Source: Camelus ferus (Eukaryota). Taken from it: a stretch of 64,000 nt of DNA. Of the stretch, positions 26,250-39,324 are shown piece after piece. The stretch spans positions 45,882,001 to 45,946,000 of the forward strand of contig NC_045696.1 of assembly GCF_009834535.1 (NCBI RefSeq), given 5' to 3'. The notes beneath the pieces were generated by a model. It was not told the origin of the DNA, made no database searches, and worked only from the letters and a program-made list of their open reading frames with translations. Numbering within the stretch: the first letter of the stretch is position 1; the number at the start of each line of letters is the position of its first letter. A program made the translations under genes and the position numbers.

Positions 26250-27890
26250 TTCTATGTACCACATTTTCTTAATCTTTCCCTCTCCACCCCTGGATGACCA
26301 CATTAGCCTTCTCATCCCTCAAATCTTAGCTCCTCCTTCCATGTGTTCACTCTCAGCTAATAGTCTTATTTCCTGTTATTCAGAAGAGCAAGGCCATCAG
26401 AAGTGGTTTTTCACACATTGACATTTTCACATCTATCAACATGCTGCATTTGACCTGTGTACATACACTGCCTTCTGTCTCATTGATGTAGATGAACTGC
26501 CTTAGCTCTTCTATAATTAGACCTTCCACTGGTGCACTGTCTCCCTTCCCCTCTCATTTCCTCAAGGACATAGCTCCACAAATCTCCCCTTTTCCCTGTA
26601 ATCAATGTCTCTCTTCACTAAATCATTCACATAAGCATTAAACTCAATGTTTTATCTTGCATATTCTATTAAGGCATCTTGACCTCACAACCCCTTCTGG
26701 AAAATTCTATTTTCAAAAGGAAAACTCCTAAAAGCATATAGCTATCCCCCTCCCCTCCTTGTCTACCTTCTCTCCTCTCTATCTCTCCAATCAAATGTTT
26801 GTTTCCACTACACCAAAAAAGCCCCAGTGAAGCTTAGCACTGTTAAATCAAATAATCAATTTTCAGACTTTATCCTGTAAACAGAATTTGTCATAGTTGA
26901 CACTTTCTCAGACAATGGAGTATTACTCAGTGGTAAAAAAAAAAAAAGAGTGAAATAATGCCATCACCAGCAACATAGATGGACCTAAGATTATCGTATT
27001 AAGTAAAGAAAGTGAGACAGAGAAAGACAAATATCATATGATATTACTTATATGTGGTATCTTAAAAATGATACAAATTGCTGACCTGTAATATTTCTTA
27101 TTTACAAACCAGAAATAGACTCACATACACAGAAAACAAACTATGGTTACCAAAGGGAAAAGGGGGTGGGGAGGAGAGATAAATTAGGCATTTGGGTTTA
27201 ACATATATATACTACTATATATAAAATAGGTAAATAATCAGGACCTACTGTACAGCACAGGGGACAATATTCCATATCTGTAATAGTGTATAATGAAAAA
27301 TACTCTGAAAAATTATAACTGAATCACTTTGTATACACCTGAAATTAACACATTATAAATCAACTATTCTTCAACAAAAACACAATAAAATAAATAACTG
27401 GGTACTATAGCCTAGCCATGTTGACACATAAAACTAAGAATCGTATCTCTCAAAGCCACAAATCCTTTGAATTGCCTTAAAAGCCTCATGCACTCCAGCC
27501 CTGGGTTAACTCTGACCTCAGCTCTTTGCATTCTCTCTCTTATTCACTCTGCCCAGCTACTCTGGCCTCCGTGCAAGTTCTCAAACTCATCAAGTACATT
27601 CTTTCTTTAGGAACATTTGTTGTTCCCTCTGAAATAATCTTCCCCAAAGGTTTAAAAGGCTTTTCATTTTGCTCAGATTTTGCTCAAACATCACTTCCCT
27701 TTATCACTCTCCTGATTTCTTATTCTCCACAGCACTTACCACAATCTTACATGCAGTGCACTTCTGTGCTTATTTGTTCACTATCTCTTCCCACTCAAAC
27801 CTAAGCTCCAGGAAGCCAGGGATCTTCATTATATTCACTGAGAACAGTTTCTGAAACACAGTCACCATCCAATAACCATCTTTTGAATTA
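26250..27890 (+). mobile_element. L2 LINE fragments interrupted by a younger L1
   Basis: L2 RT-like segment at 26780-26905 and L2 3' motifs at 27520-27880. Confidence 0.65.
26912..27397 (+). mobile_element. 5'-truncated artiodactyl-type LINE-1 3' end
   Basis: acaatggagtattactcag, gagaaagacaaatatcatatgat, ggacctactgtacagcacaggg, A-rich tail. Confidence 0.9.
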
Positions 27891-29599
27891 ATTTTTGTTT
27901 TTAAACATACCATAGAGATTTCTATAATGATTACACTGAAGTTTTTCCAGTGAGCACAGTGAAAGGGCATTAGACTGTAGATTTATAAGCCTGAGCGCTA
28001 ATGTGGCTGTGCCGCTCCCCTTACTTCCTCTCTGATAAATCACTTCACTACGACAGGACACAGACATCCCCAACTTCAGAGCAAAGGTAATGAATGAGGT
28101 TCCTTCCAGTTAAGAAATCTTATTTTCTTTCCTCCGTATCTTATTTTACTTAAATAGGACCTCAAGATATATTACAGGTCAAAAATTTGGAAAGGTCTAT
28201 ACATTTCCTGTCATAATGCATAAGGGAATTACACCCTAATTGAAGAAAGAATAGATGATGTAAATTAAAACAGACTTGATGTAGGGACTTATTTATGACA
28301 GCAAATTAAGAATACCTTCTAGATGTTACTCATCCCCATTGCAGTGTCATAAATACAGGTCCACATATTTTCAAAATGGTGTGCACACTTGGAAGGACTA
28401 CTTCAAACTTCAGAAGCTGAAGACAGACACTACAGGCTTTGACAGGTCCATCCCTTCATAAAGACACCACTTTTTCTTCCTCCAAACTTGATAACATTCT
28501 ACGCTCCTTGGCTTTTATGTAATCTGATTTCATACGTTAGTGTCCCCTCCTATCATCCCTAAGAACCTACTATCTTTCTGGAATAAAGCAGCAGTTACAT
28601 ATAAATAATCACTTTGTTTAGAGCTACCCTAAGGCTTTGTGAATTCCATCATTGGGGCCCTGCAGATTTTACCTGCCTTTCTCTATAGGAAGTAATAACC
28701 AGTGTCACTAATTGACAGTTTCAGTGACCCACTTTCTCTCTGTTCTTCTCTCTCATTCAGACACAGAATTATAAGTATTCATTGTTCATAAGACTTTAAA
28801 TCCATATAGTCAATACTTTACAACTCTGAACCACAATCAATATGAGAGTTTTGTATGACACTGCAGTGCATTTTCCCTTGCCCAGGAAACTTTCCTTTCT
28901 TATGAGAGAGAGAAAATGAAGAAACTTATACAATCAATATCTCAAATGTTGAGTTTCTCTAATCCTTTCAGCTCTAGAAAAGGAACTATGTCAAGTTATA
29001 ATCATCGTATGAACTTTTACAGGGTTTTACTTTCACTAGCTTAATAATAAAATTTTAAACTACTCAGAAAAAAGACTGATGGCTAAAATTCAAAAAGTTC
29101 AGCTTAGTTCTAACTGCAATCATAGGCACAAGTAAATTGGTGCTAATGCAAAAGAAATGCACAGAGAGCAATTAAAGGGAAAAATCTTAAGAATGAACAC
29201 AGCCACAAAAGGCTTTAATCGAAGTTACTCTCACATTAAGGAAAACCATTATGTGAACAAGACAAACTGAAACTGTCATTAATAATGCAGATGTGCTTGA
29301 CAAGCCAGTCTTAGCCTTTCAGGCAATGCAGACCAGTCTTACAAACACTTGCCCCTCTAATCTCCATCAGGCTATTAAAAAAAAGGTAAAAATGTGTATT
29401 TTAAGATTGGAAGAATATACTGCTGATTATAAATTATTTCTCACTTTCAGCCTTGAAACTTACATGGAATTAGTAAAATTGTGGCTGTAAAGAAACATTT
29501 TTAAATGCTGAAAACTAACTTACCTGTCTCTAGTGCCACAAACGCCTCCAACATTTGCAAATTACTGGCCACTTCTGGATGCCCACTAAAGTCAAAGCT

Positions 29600-29800
29600 A
29601 TGTCCTAGACCCATTACATACATTATCTCAATTCAATACTGCAAGACAGGCATTATTATTCACATGTTATGGATTAAATAGTAAGGTTCAGAAAGGTTAC
29701 GACAGTTAACCCAAGGCTATACTGCTAATTAGTGAGAAAGCTCAGATGCAAACTTTGGTCTATCAGACTCCACAGCTAATGTTCTTTTTATTACTCTGCA
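29600..29800 (-). mobile_element. MIR SINE fragment
   Basis: ggcattattattcac...aaggttcagaaaggtta...cccaagg...cagactcca. Confidence 0.6.
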
Positions 29801-30265
29801 TAAAAATGTTTCAGTTGAGATTCAGTGAGGGGTAGCTTTTTTTAACTGCAGGGAAATGGGAATATCACAGAAGAAGTGCAACTAAAAAGACTCTTACCTG
29901 CTTTCCCAGGTCACAGGTAAGGAGTGCCCAGGACCTGGCTAAGGGCACAGTGAGACTGGCAAGAAAATAAAAAAAATTTTTCTGGGTCTAGATACTGAGG
30001 GTGAAGATTGCTGAGGGGCAAGCAATAATTAAAAGCGACCTTTTGATCACTAAGATAGGTATCATTTTTTCCAGGCATGTGTGTTTCAACATCTTGCACC
30101 CATTTTATTAACAGTATAGTCAAAAGACTGACCCATGCAGAGTACCTCAGAGTTCACATAGTATTTAATCATTGACTCTCCATACACTCACAACAGTCTT
30201 GGAGCCCCGTTGGAAACATGACACACTTTTCAGCATTACTAACAATTTTTGAGAGTTCTAACTAC

Positions 30266-30874
30266 TGTCGACTGAAGGAGAAACACACAACCTAATAGTT
30301 TCAAGTTAAGAGATTTTTTTTGGTTTTGTTTTTGGGCAGGGAGTAATTAGGTTTTTACTCATTTATTTTTAATGGAGGTACTCAAGATTGAACCCAGGAC
30401 CTCATGCCTGCTAAGCACGTATTCTACCACTGAGCTATACCCTCCTCAACTCAAGCTTTATTTGGGGACCTTACTGAGGTCTATAGCCCGGAAGAAAGCC
30501 TTTCAGATAGCTCTGAAAAACTGCTCTGAAGACGTAAGGTAGGAGCCAGGATACATGTAAACTTTTTCTGCTGGAAAAAAAAAATGTAGTCAAACATCAA
30601 ACGATTACTGCTAATTACAAAGAACAGACATCTCAAGTTAATGGTTTTAGTGCTCTTCTATCAATGTATAAGAAGATATGAGAATCTGGGGTCACTGAAA
30701 TTATTCCTTAGACTTGCATCTTAACTATCTAGGGCCAGTATCCAAAGCACAGAATGCTTCCTGTTCTTTCTACATCCTAAATTCCCCTCAGGGTATACAC
30801 TGGTGGGCAACTGCAGTGGCTAACGGCTTGATTCTTGAACAACTGGAAAGGTAGGCAGCATTCTTTTCTTTACA
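30266..30874 (-). mobile_element. ERV1-type solo LTR interrupted by a SINE
   Basis: TGTCGAC...TTTACA termini, TTTATT at about 30457, 4-bp TSD-like ctac/ctat. Confidence 0.8.
30313..30447 (-). mobile_element. tRNA-derived camelid SINE (Vic-1-like)
   Basis: gattgaacccagg...ctaccactgagctataccc is the reverse complement of the 22959 element, with a T-rich tail. Confidence 0.9.
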
Positions 30875-31227
30875 CTATTCTACTAGGGGATGATACGCTG
30901 CCAAATAGTATCTTCACAACACCCTTTAGACAAGAAGAAACTCAAGTGTGATTTTACTTTCCTCCAAATCAAAAGCTAGTAACGTAAAATCAAAGTATAC
31001 ATAAATGAATAAGTAAATAAATAAATAAGAAAGAAGAAATAATGGCTGTATTTTATAAAAAAAAGAAAAATGATTTGCTATGCCAAGGCAATATTGACAC
31101 AAGTCTCCCAGCTCCCCATTTCAGTCACATTTGTGGCCTTAAGCACCTTCTACATAGAACTTCACTAAGGAGAAAAGGCAATCTAGGTCTGATTTCACAT
31201 CTAAAATTAAAGTTAAATCAGTAGCAT

Positions 31228-32590
31228 TTGCGTTAATTTCCTATTACTGCTATAACAAGTTACTTAAAACAACATAGATTTATTATCTTATAGTTCTCAA
31301 GGTCAGAAGTCCAAAATGGATCTTACTGAGTATAAAAACCAAGGTCAGCAAGGCTGCATTTCTTTTCAAGGCTCTAAAGAGAAGCCAATTCCCTTGCCTT
31401 TTCCAGATTCTAAAGGTCACCTGCAACCTGGACTCATGGCCCCTTCTTCCATCTTCAAAGCTAGCAGTGTAGCATTGATGCCGAGAAGGACCCTGTGCGG
31501 CACGACCACCCCTCAACTACTGCCTCTTGTTTACAGAAAAGCTGGAGTCTGCGAGGCCTCCCTAAAGTCATAGAAGGGCAGGCTCAAGCAGTTGATTATG
31601 ACAAACCTGCAGGCATCAGGGGATGGCAATGACTCTGACCACCTATCTCAACAATTAACTGAGATTATTCCCCTAGCTCCCTTTAAAACTTTCACGGCTG
31701 AACAGAATCTTTGGAGATGGTTTTCTGGGGGAGACGCTGGGGTCGCCAGATTGCAGGCATTCTGAATAAAAGCAACTTTACTTTTTGTGACCAAGGTTGT
31801 TGCTTCCAGGATCATACCCTGCCCCTGCCTTGAATAGAAACCAATTACTCTTATCTAAGTCTCAGGAGGCAGCTGCAGAGAAGAAACAAGAACTGGTTAG
31901 AATCCACGGCCCACGATGAAGGATTTGACTTCCAGTGGACCTCGAGCTTCATTATACGGTCACTGTAATGTATAAACACGCTAAATGACACACCCACCAG
32001 TGCCATGACAGTTGACAACTACCATGACAACCAGAAAAGCCCATACAAGGACGACTGGTTCCATCACAACCAGCAGAAGGACATGATGGTAGAGGCCTCT
32101 CATAAAAATCCACGTGGCCCAGCCGGGCCAGAGCTGTCACTACCAGCCATCTCGGCTGATATCTTCCCCGCTCAAGTTCTTTTCTTCCCTTCTCCCTGCT
32201 TGAGCATTTTCCTTCCTTTTTCTTTTTTGAGAAATAAAGCAGCTTTTTCATTTTGTCCCTCCGCCTCTGCTGCAAAATTTTTCACAGCTGGAAGCAAGGA
32301 CCCACACTCTGGTGGGACTCCAAATTTAGGGGTCTCACTATCCACTAACAGCATCATCATCTAATCTCTCCCTCTAACTCTAACCACCACTTCTGCCAGC
32401 CTTTTCTTCTTTTAAGGATCTTTATGGTTACACTGGGTTCATTCAAATAATCCATGAATAATTTCTCAGTCTGCAGATCCTTAGCTTATTAACATCTACC
32501 AAGTCCCTGTTCCCATGTAACCTAACATATTCACAAGTACCTGAAGATTAGGACATGGACACCTTTGGAGGACCATTATTATGCCTACCA
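31228..32590 (-). mobile_element. MLT1B/C-type MaLR LTR split by an ERV1 LTR insertion
   Basis: tttcctattactgctataacaa...ccatcttcaaagctagcagtgtagcat, resuming after 32350 and ending attatgcctaccaca. Confidence 0.85.
31476..32350 (+). mobile_element. ERV1-type LTR insertion, apparently a composite of two LTR modules
   Basis: TG...CA termini; GCAT duplicated at 31472-31475 and 32351-32354; AATAAA at 31765 and about 32233; U3 core homologous to 1274-1370. Confidence 0.8.
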
Positions 32591-32929
32591 CAGCATATTT
32601 ATATTCACTGACCTGGAAACAAAGATTTAAAAGAATTTATAATGAAAGATGCAATTGCCTCTTTTGTATAAAAGATGACGATGAAAGCACTTCTGAGTAT
32701 CAGTTGAAGTTTTTAGTATGATTTCAAGGACCAAAACTCTTCAAGGTGACATCTAAGAAATGGTTTGAATTTGTGCTACATCATACAATAAACCAAACAT
32801 CTTTGATGAGGGGAGCAGAAACTCTACTACAGTTAAAAAATAAATGTCATAAAATTTAAGGCCAAAAAATATGAGTGGTGTATCAGAGGGCAGGGGGGTG
32901 TCTATGTTTATCACTGAATGACTTGTCAG

Positions 32930-33140
32930 CTTGAATTTTAGGTTCTTCTGTACTAACTAGGTGACTGTAGCAAGTTGCTTAAAAAAATCAATGCCTCAGT
33001 TTCTCATATGTAAAATATGAGGTATTATATTTTATAATATAATATTATTGCTACATTTTAGAGTTGTAAGGATTAAAGATCACACCCCTTAAGTACCTTT
33101 CAAAGGGCTTGGTCCATGGGAGATGCTAGGTAAATAGTAA
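32930..33140 (+). mobile_element. MIR SINE fragment
   Basis: gcaagttgcttaa...tgcctcagtttctcatatgtaaaat...gttgtaaggattaaa. Confidence 0.75.
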
Positions 33141-34989
33141 TTTCTCTCTTTCCACTTCTTCTAGCTCTGGTAATACACAAGAACTCCACATGCAAGGATG
33201 CTTTCCATTATTTAGTTAAATGTACAGCATTTATATTCCTGAATGGAATCCAGCTTCAGGAGACTTCCTGCAGAGCTATAACTCCTTTCATGGTAATGCT
33301 TTATAAAATTGCCTGATGAACTGCCCAATAACAAATTAAAGAAATTGTCAAGTTTTGACAATTAAATTACACAAAGCTCTAAATGCCATAGTCACAAAAC
33401 GAAAATAGACAACACTGGAATGCTAATTCAGCTAAAGGAACACCGATAGGAAGATTTACTGTCTGCAGGCTATCACAGAGGGCTTAAATAATTTTCTGAC
33501 CTGAGTTAGAGGTCAGTTTAATAAATAAAGAGCTATATAGATCTTACAATGTGAATATAACGGCTAGCCCCTTTCTCTAGTTTCTTCAGGTCATTAAGTA
33601 GTTCCTGACACCCCCTCCCCAAGTAGCATTCAAAATGAAAAGGTTTTATGACCTAGCTGATTATGACAAGTTATTTCAAACCTCAATTAAGCCAGGATAT
33701 ACAGAGCGTATCCTTTTTTAAAATTTAGTGCTAAATATTGATCTGATAACACATTTTCTACGCAAATGTAAAAGAAAGCTAATTGCAAAAATTTAGAATA
33801 TTATTCTATAAATTAAAAGAAAAATAGTTACAGTTGTTTATAGGACTCTGATTTTTGCTGTCAAAATATCTCATGCTACACTTCTGAGCTAACAATTCAA
33901 CAAAACAAGTTTGTTCCTAGTAGGAACTCTACCAAACATCAAAGAAGGGGATGTCATCAATAAAACAACAAGAAGAGCTTTCCAGTGTGTATCTGTGGCA
34001 TGTATCAAAATAAAAATATTCTGTTCCAAAATCTATTAAAAATTCCACTTGTAAAGTTTATACTTTCATTAACTACTTATATAAACTGCAAGCACCATCT
34101 ACAAGATTTCAAATCCACGAACAAAATAAAAGCATATCAGAGCAACAATAACTTGTCCTTTAATAATATTGTTTCCTTTGAGGAAATCATGGTTTCTTGT
34201 CTTATTCTTGTGAAATCTGACTGAAAATAAGAAAACTTTCATTGCCTTTTAAATTTAAAATTACAGTGAGAGATTAGAGACATATATACCGTCAGCCAAG
34301 GCAAAGGAATTCCACCAGTTGAAGAACTAGAGTACATGTATGTTGCCAAAGACCTCCTAACTTCATCAACATGACTTCATCAGTCTTGTGTTAAAGAATC
34401 AGAGGAAGTTTATATTCCTGTGGCTGCTGCTGAAACACTGGAGTTCTAACATCGTCACAGAATTGGATCTTCGAGGGATTTGTGATGGGAGCCTTTGGCT
34501 ATTCACAACACTAAGTGTTTGAAGTTGGGAAAACTATTAAAATAAGAAGAATGTAAAATGGCAAGTGCCTTGATGTGAGGCCTTTGCAGCAGGATATGGT
34601 GTTAAATGAAGCTAACCAATTTCCACTTTGTAGTTTTGACAGATGTCCAGAGGGCTTTTTGAAAGAAAAACAAAATGAAAAGAACAAAAGCTGAGTGATC
34701 ATTTCCTCAGGGAACCCCTGGTTTATACTGTAGTTCAATTTAGGCAAGTCAGTATCAGAAAACTCAAGAAATACTAAAGAACTTCTCCTCAAAACTCATT
34801 TCATCTCCCACCCAAGAGCACACCCTAATGTACATTTCGTCATTTTTCTGAAGTCAGACTTCTCTTGTTTTCCAGCCAAGAGAAAACACCGCTGAGTCTA
34901 CCCTGGCCTGTAGAAGCTTTGATACACTACTTTAATACATAGACAAGTGTTTTGCATGCATCAGGTCCACTAAAAAATTGACCTATTTA

Positions 34990-35585
34990 GCCTGTCAAAA
35001 ATATTTCTGAGCACCTATAATATATTTTGACCTATGCTAAGTTCTAAGAATAAAAATAATATCCAGACAGGTATAGTCCCTGGCCTCATGGAATTTACCT
35101 GTTTTTTTAAAAAAAAGCAACTAATTATTCATTTCAAATGTGATAAGCACAGTGAAGCAAAATAGGGTGCTGTGGGAGCTTTAATAGATTTCACTAATTG
35201 GGGCCTCGGGGAATGACTCATAGTGGATGAATATATGAGCCAATTTTGAAGGATGAACAGAATTAGTAGGAAGAGTTGTTGGAAACTAGTTGGTCAAGAA
35301 GGAAAAGTATCTAGGCTAACAGTCCCCAGATTAGATTGAAGTGTTGAAAGTTTGAGAACTGAGCAAAAAGCAGAGTGGGGACAGCCAAGAGTGAGGAGGG
35401 AACAGTATGACATAAGACAGAGGGAGAAGCAGGCAGAGGCTAGATCATGCCAGACTTGGAAGCCATTTCAAAGATTTTACTTTATCCTAATACCAACGAG
35501 AAACCTCTGGAATGTGTTGAGTAAATACATTGATACAACCAGACTTATGTTTTTAATATATCACTTTAGTTGCAAATATGGAGAA
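34990..35585 (-). mobile_element. L2 LINE 3' region
   Basis: aaatatttctgagcacctat...gtccctggcctcatggaattta...ctagatcatg. Confidence 0.7.
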
Positions 35586-36241
35586 TAATTACTATTAATG
35601 AAGCAGTTACTTCTCAAAGATTCATGGATTCCTCATAATATACAGCAATAGCAAATTAAAAGGAATGCAAGAAGTTAATGAAAAACAAATAAGCACCAAT
35701 GAACCTGAATCTAGAAAATGCAACTGTGACAGGAAATCACAAAAAGTATCTGATTCAAATTACTATCTCTGTTTTTACAATAGCATATGAACTCCAAGAC
35801 TATAATCATCCCTGCACTTTGTCCATTAATTTACCCACAGCACCTAGAACTGTGGTTGGCAACAGCAGATTCCTCAATGAATACTTAGTACATGAATAGA
35901 TAAACAAAGAAGCAAAAAAAGTATCTCCAATCACTTTACACCCATGGTAATTACATTCTTCATTCTCCTCTTCATGATTTCCATAAATATCACCTTTATA
36001 TACATTCTTCCTCTTGCACCACTCCTCCAAATTTAAAACAAAAGAAGGTAGTAGGGTTTGGTGACAAGATGAGCATAGTGCTAAGTGGTGTCAAATAATA
36101 ATGAAGCAGTAGCCTGAAGAAAAGATAAACTAGGGGACTACAGATACAAAGAGAATGAGTTAGCTATGAGCATTAAATCATTCACTTAATGAGGCTCAAG
36201 TCCCACTAGGGCCTGGTGATTTATAGCCATTAATGATACTC

Positions 36242-36606
36242 TGCTACGGTCTCAGTGTTTGCACCCCTCACCACATGCAATTCATACGATGAAGTCCTAA
36301 CACCCAAGATGATGGTACTAGGAGTTAGAGATTTTGAGAAGTGATTAGGTTATGAAGGTGGAGCCCTCACGAATGAGATCCATGCCGTTATAAAAGAGAC
36401 CCGGAGAGATCCCTCGCCCCTTAGGTCTTGCGAGGTTACAACAAAAAGACAGCAATCTGGGAAACAGATTCTCGGCAAACGCTGAATCTGCTGGCACTGT
36501 GATCCTGTACTTCCCAACTTCTCTAGACCTGTGAGAAATGAATGTTGTTTATAAGCCACTTGGTTTACGGTATTTTTGTCGCAGCAGCCTGAAAGGAACG
36601 AAGACA
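36242..36606 (+). mobile_element. MLT1A-type MaLR solo LTR
   Basis: TGCTACGG start, ggtggagccctcacgaatg, gaatctgctggcac, ends AAGACA. Confidence 0.9.
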
Positions 36607-37199
36607 CACCCCGACATTCAAGAGTTCATATTGAAAAGCTTGTCTTAAAGGTGATCAGCAGAGAGAATGTACGAAGCTCAGTTACACATCCACTATAGCA
36701 AAATAGCAAAGGCATCTGTGAGTGCTGAGATAGCACTGTCACTCTCTAACGGGAAGCATGCAGGAAGGTAAACTGCACAACAGCTTTAGGGTGATGGCTG
36801 AGCAGCTCCGTGCCTCCCATTTTTCCTTGCAGCAACACTGCACACTCTCTGTGTATTCAATGTTCAATCAGCCACGGGAGATAAATCCTCAAGCATCCAC
36901 CTCTCATACACATATACACACTCTCAACACACACACACACACAACCCCTACACGAAGAGAAGGGAGAATGTCCACCTTGGTGGACACAGTCTGTGTGAAA
37001 GCGTGTGTTCCAGAAGTCAAGTGGGACCCGCGGCAGCCTGTGCCCAGAGATCAGCTTCCACGTCACCTCATGCCCTAGAATTCTGTAAAAAGACAAATTA
37101 TTATTCAAAAATAGGACTAACATAAGGACAGTTTAGATCTATAAGGGCTCAGGATGTTTGCCCCTGAGAGATAGTTCATTAAAACAATTACTGAAGAAA

Positions 37200-38145
37200 G
37201 TATCATAGAAAGTAGAAAAATGAAGTCAGGAGGAATTATTGGAATTCAGGAAGTAAAGGTAAGTTAATTATTCAAGTTTACTGTAAAGTTTAAATAGGGA
37301 CTGATTATTAAAATATTTAACACCTATGTATATGTGAGGGAAAGGAAGAGGTGCCTGAGGTGGGGGTGGAGCATAGAAGTGGAAATTAAATGATGCAAAC
37401 ACATATTAGTTTACCATTTTTAGGGTACATAGATGCTTAAAAATTTAAATCTTCACTTTAAAAAGTGTAAGTTTGAACATCTCTGCTAAGGTAACAAAGG
37501 ATACATTAAAAGAATAGAAACAGAAGTATCATTTTCAATTCAGAAAGTACAAAACAAAAGCAGATAGAAAAAAAAAACTAACATAATGAATCTAGCAAAA
37601 TCCAGGAAGGAAGACAAAAGAAACAAAGACATACCATGTTGAACAGAAAACATGAAGCAAGGTAGCAGGTTTGCAGGGAAGCACGATAAATATAAATGTG
37701 CTTAAATTAGCTCATCTTTTGGAAGACATTTTCAAATTTGTTAAAACAAATTAATTACCCATATTCTATTTTAAAATGACACACCTTTTATGAAAAGGAC
37801 ACAAGAAAGTTGAAAATAAAAGTAAATGCTAACAAAATAAATCTGAATTGGCAATAGCACACAAAAAGAGAATTCAGAGCAAAAGCTTTAAAAAAGCTTT
37901 CAAGTGGTTGACAACATATTGATAAAATAACAATCCAATATAAAGATATAAAAATCACAAATTTTAAATACCTAACAACATAAGTTCAAAACTTGTAAAG
38001 GAAGAACTGATATTCCCAAGGAGAAACAGATAAATCCATACTTCACAGCAGGCGAATATAACACATCTCAGTTAGAAATCAGCAGATAAAATAGAAAAGC
38101 ATACCAGTACAGAGGATTTTAATGCCACATTTTTAAAGTTTTATC

Positions 38146-38184
<39 letters not shown>

Positions 38185-38940
38185 TACCCCATAAGAAGCT
38201 GAATGAAAGATAATACGTTCTTTTTAAAGCACATTTACGGACACAAGAATGATTTTATATCATGCTATAAAGAAAATATCAACAAGTTTCAAAAAATTGG
38301 TTTAAGTCTTACAAGGTTTACTCACTGACCATAATAGAAAAAAAAATTGAGATCAGCAACAAAACATAGCAGGAAAACTCCATACATCTTAAAATTGAAG
38401 TCCACATTACCAGTCATTGTACTACATAGGAAATTAAATACAAATTACAAACTAGCTATCACAAACATGCCTAAGGAGACATGTACAAAGATGTTCAGTT
38501 AATCATTGTTTTAAGCAACAAATAAAATTTTGGGGAAAAGTCTGTTCTTCAATAGGATAAATAAAATTGCTAAATAAGACATGGGACACAAACCATGGAA
38601 TACCAATTATATCTGTAGATACTACCATGGATCTATTTCTAACACATCACTGAAAAAAGCAAGTTGCAAAATAATGTGTACTGTATGAGAATATCAATAA
38701 AATACAACACTTACAATCTATATGCAGCTTATATATATAGTATATACACTAATCCATAGAAAAACATATGACAATACACCCATCTGATGGAGGAGCAGGG
38801 AAAAGACACAGATTTAGTTTCATGATCAAAGAGGATCTCAACATTTTCTGTAATATTTTATTTCCATAAAGAAAGCATATTAATGTATGACCTGGTTTGA
38901 AACAGAATATAAACTATTTTATAACTTACTAAACTTTGAG
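37200..38940 (+). mobile_element. Ancient L1M/L1ME remnant containing a (CA)n at 38148-38178
   Basis: Degenerate ORF2-like and 3'UTR motifs (gacatgtacaaagatgttca, aaaaagcaagttgcaaaataatg). Confidence 0.6.
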
Positions 38941-38949
38941 CAATTATAG

Positions 38950-39315
38950 ATAGTACGTAGAGAAAAGAAAATGAGAGAGACAGAAAGAGACTTCGGGTGG
39001 GGGAAGGGTTCTTCTTTAAGTAGGGTGATAGATGAGGCATCTCTGAGGAATTGACATTTGAACAGAGGTCTGAATTAAGTAAGGAGGTTGACTACTGGGA
39101 AAACAGGGAGAAGTGTGTTAGGCAGAAGGAACAGTAAACACAATGGCCCCTGAGGACAGCTTGGTATGTTAGAGGAAGGGCAAGGAGAGTGGAGAGGTAA
39201 GCAGAAGCCATATATTTTGGGACTTTGTAGTCATGGGGAGGAGCATGAATTTTAAGAGTTACAGGAAACAGCTGGAGGATCTGAGCAAGGAAAGGACATG
39301 ACTGATTTACATTTT
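38950..39315 (-). mobile_element. L2 LINE fragment
   Basis: tctctgaggaattgacatttgaacagag...aggcagaaggaacag...gacatgactgatttacatttt. Confidence 0.7.
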
Positions 39316-39324
39316 GGTTTTCTT

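Noticed and set aside
29518..29590. Minus-strand exon candidate ending CAG|GTAAGT (GHPEVASNLQMLEAFVALET)
   Set aside because: Strong donor but weak acceptor, unrecognised peptide and no partner exons; unsupported without RNA data.
29893..29921. Inverted pair cttacctg...caggtaag resembling back-to-back splice donors
   Set aside because: An 8-bp inverted repeat is expected by chance in 64 kb, and no exon structure supports it.
32005..32364. 119-aa ORF
   Set aside because: Lies inside an LTR; no gag/pol/env similarity.
34180..34520. Exon-like, more GC-balanced unique sequence with possible splice sites on either strand
   Set aside because: The frames examined contain stops and none gives a peptide I recognise.
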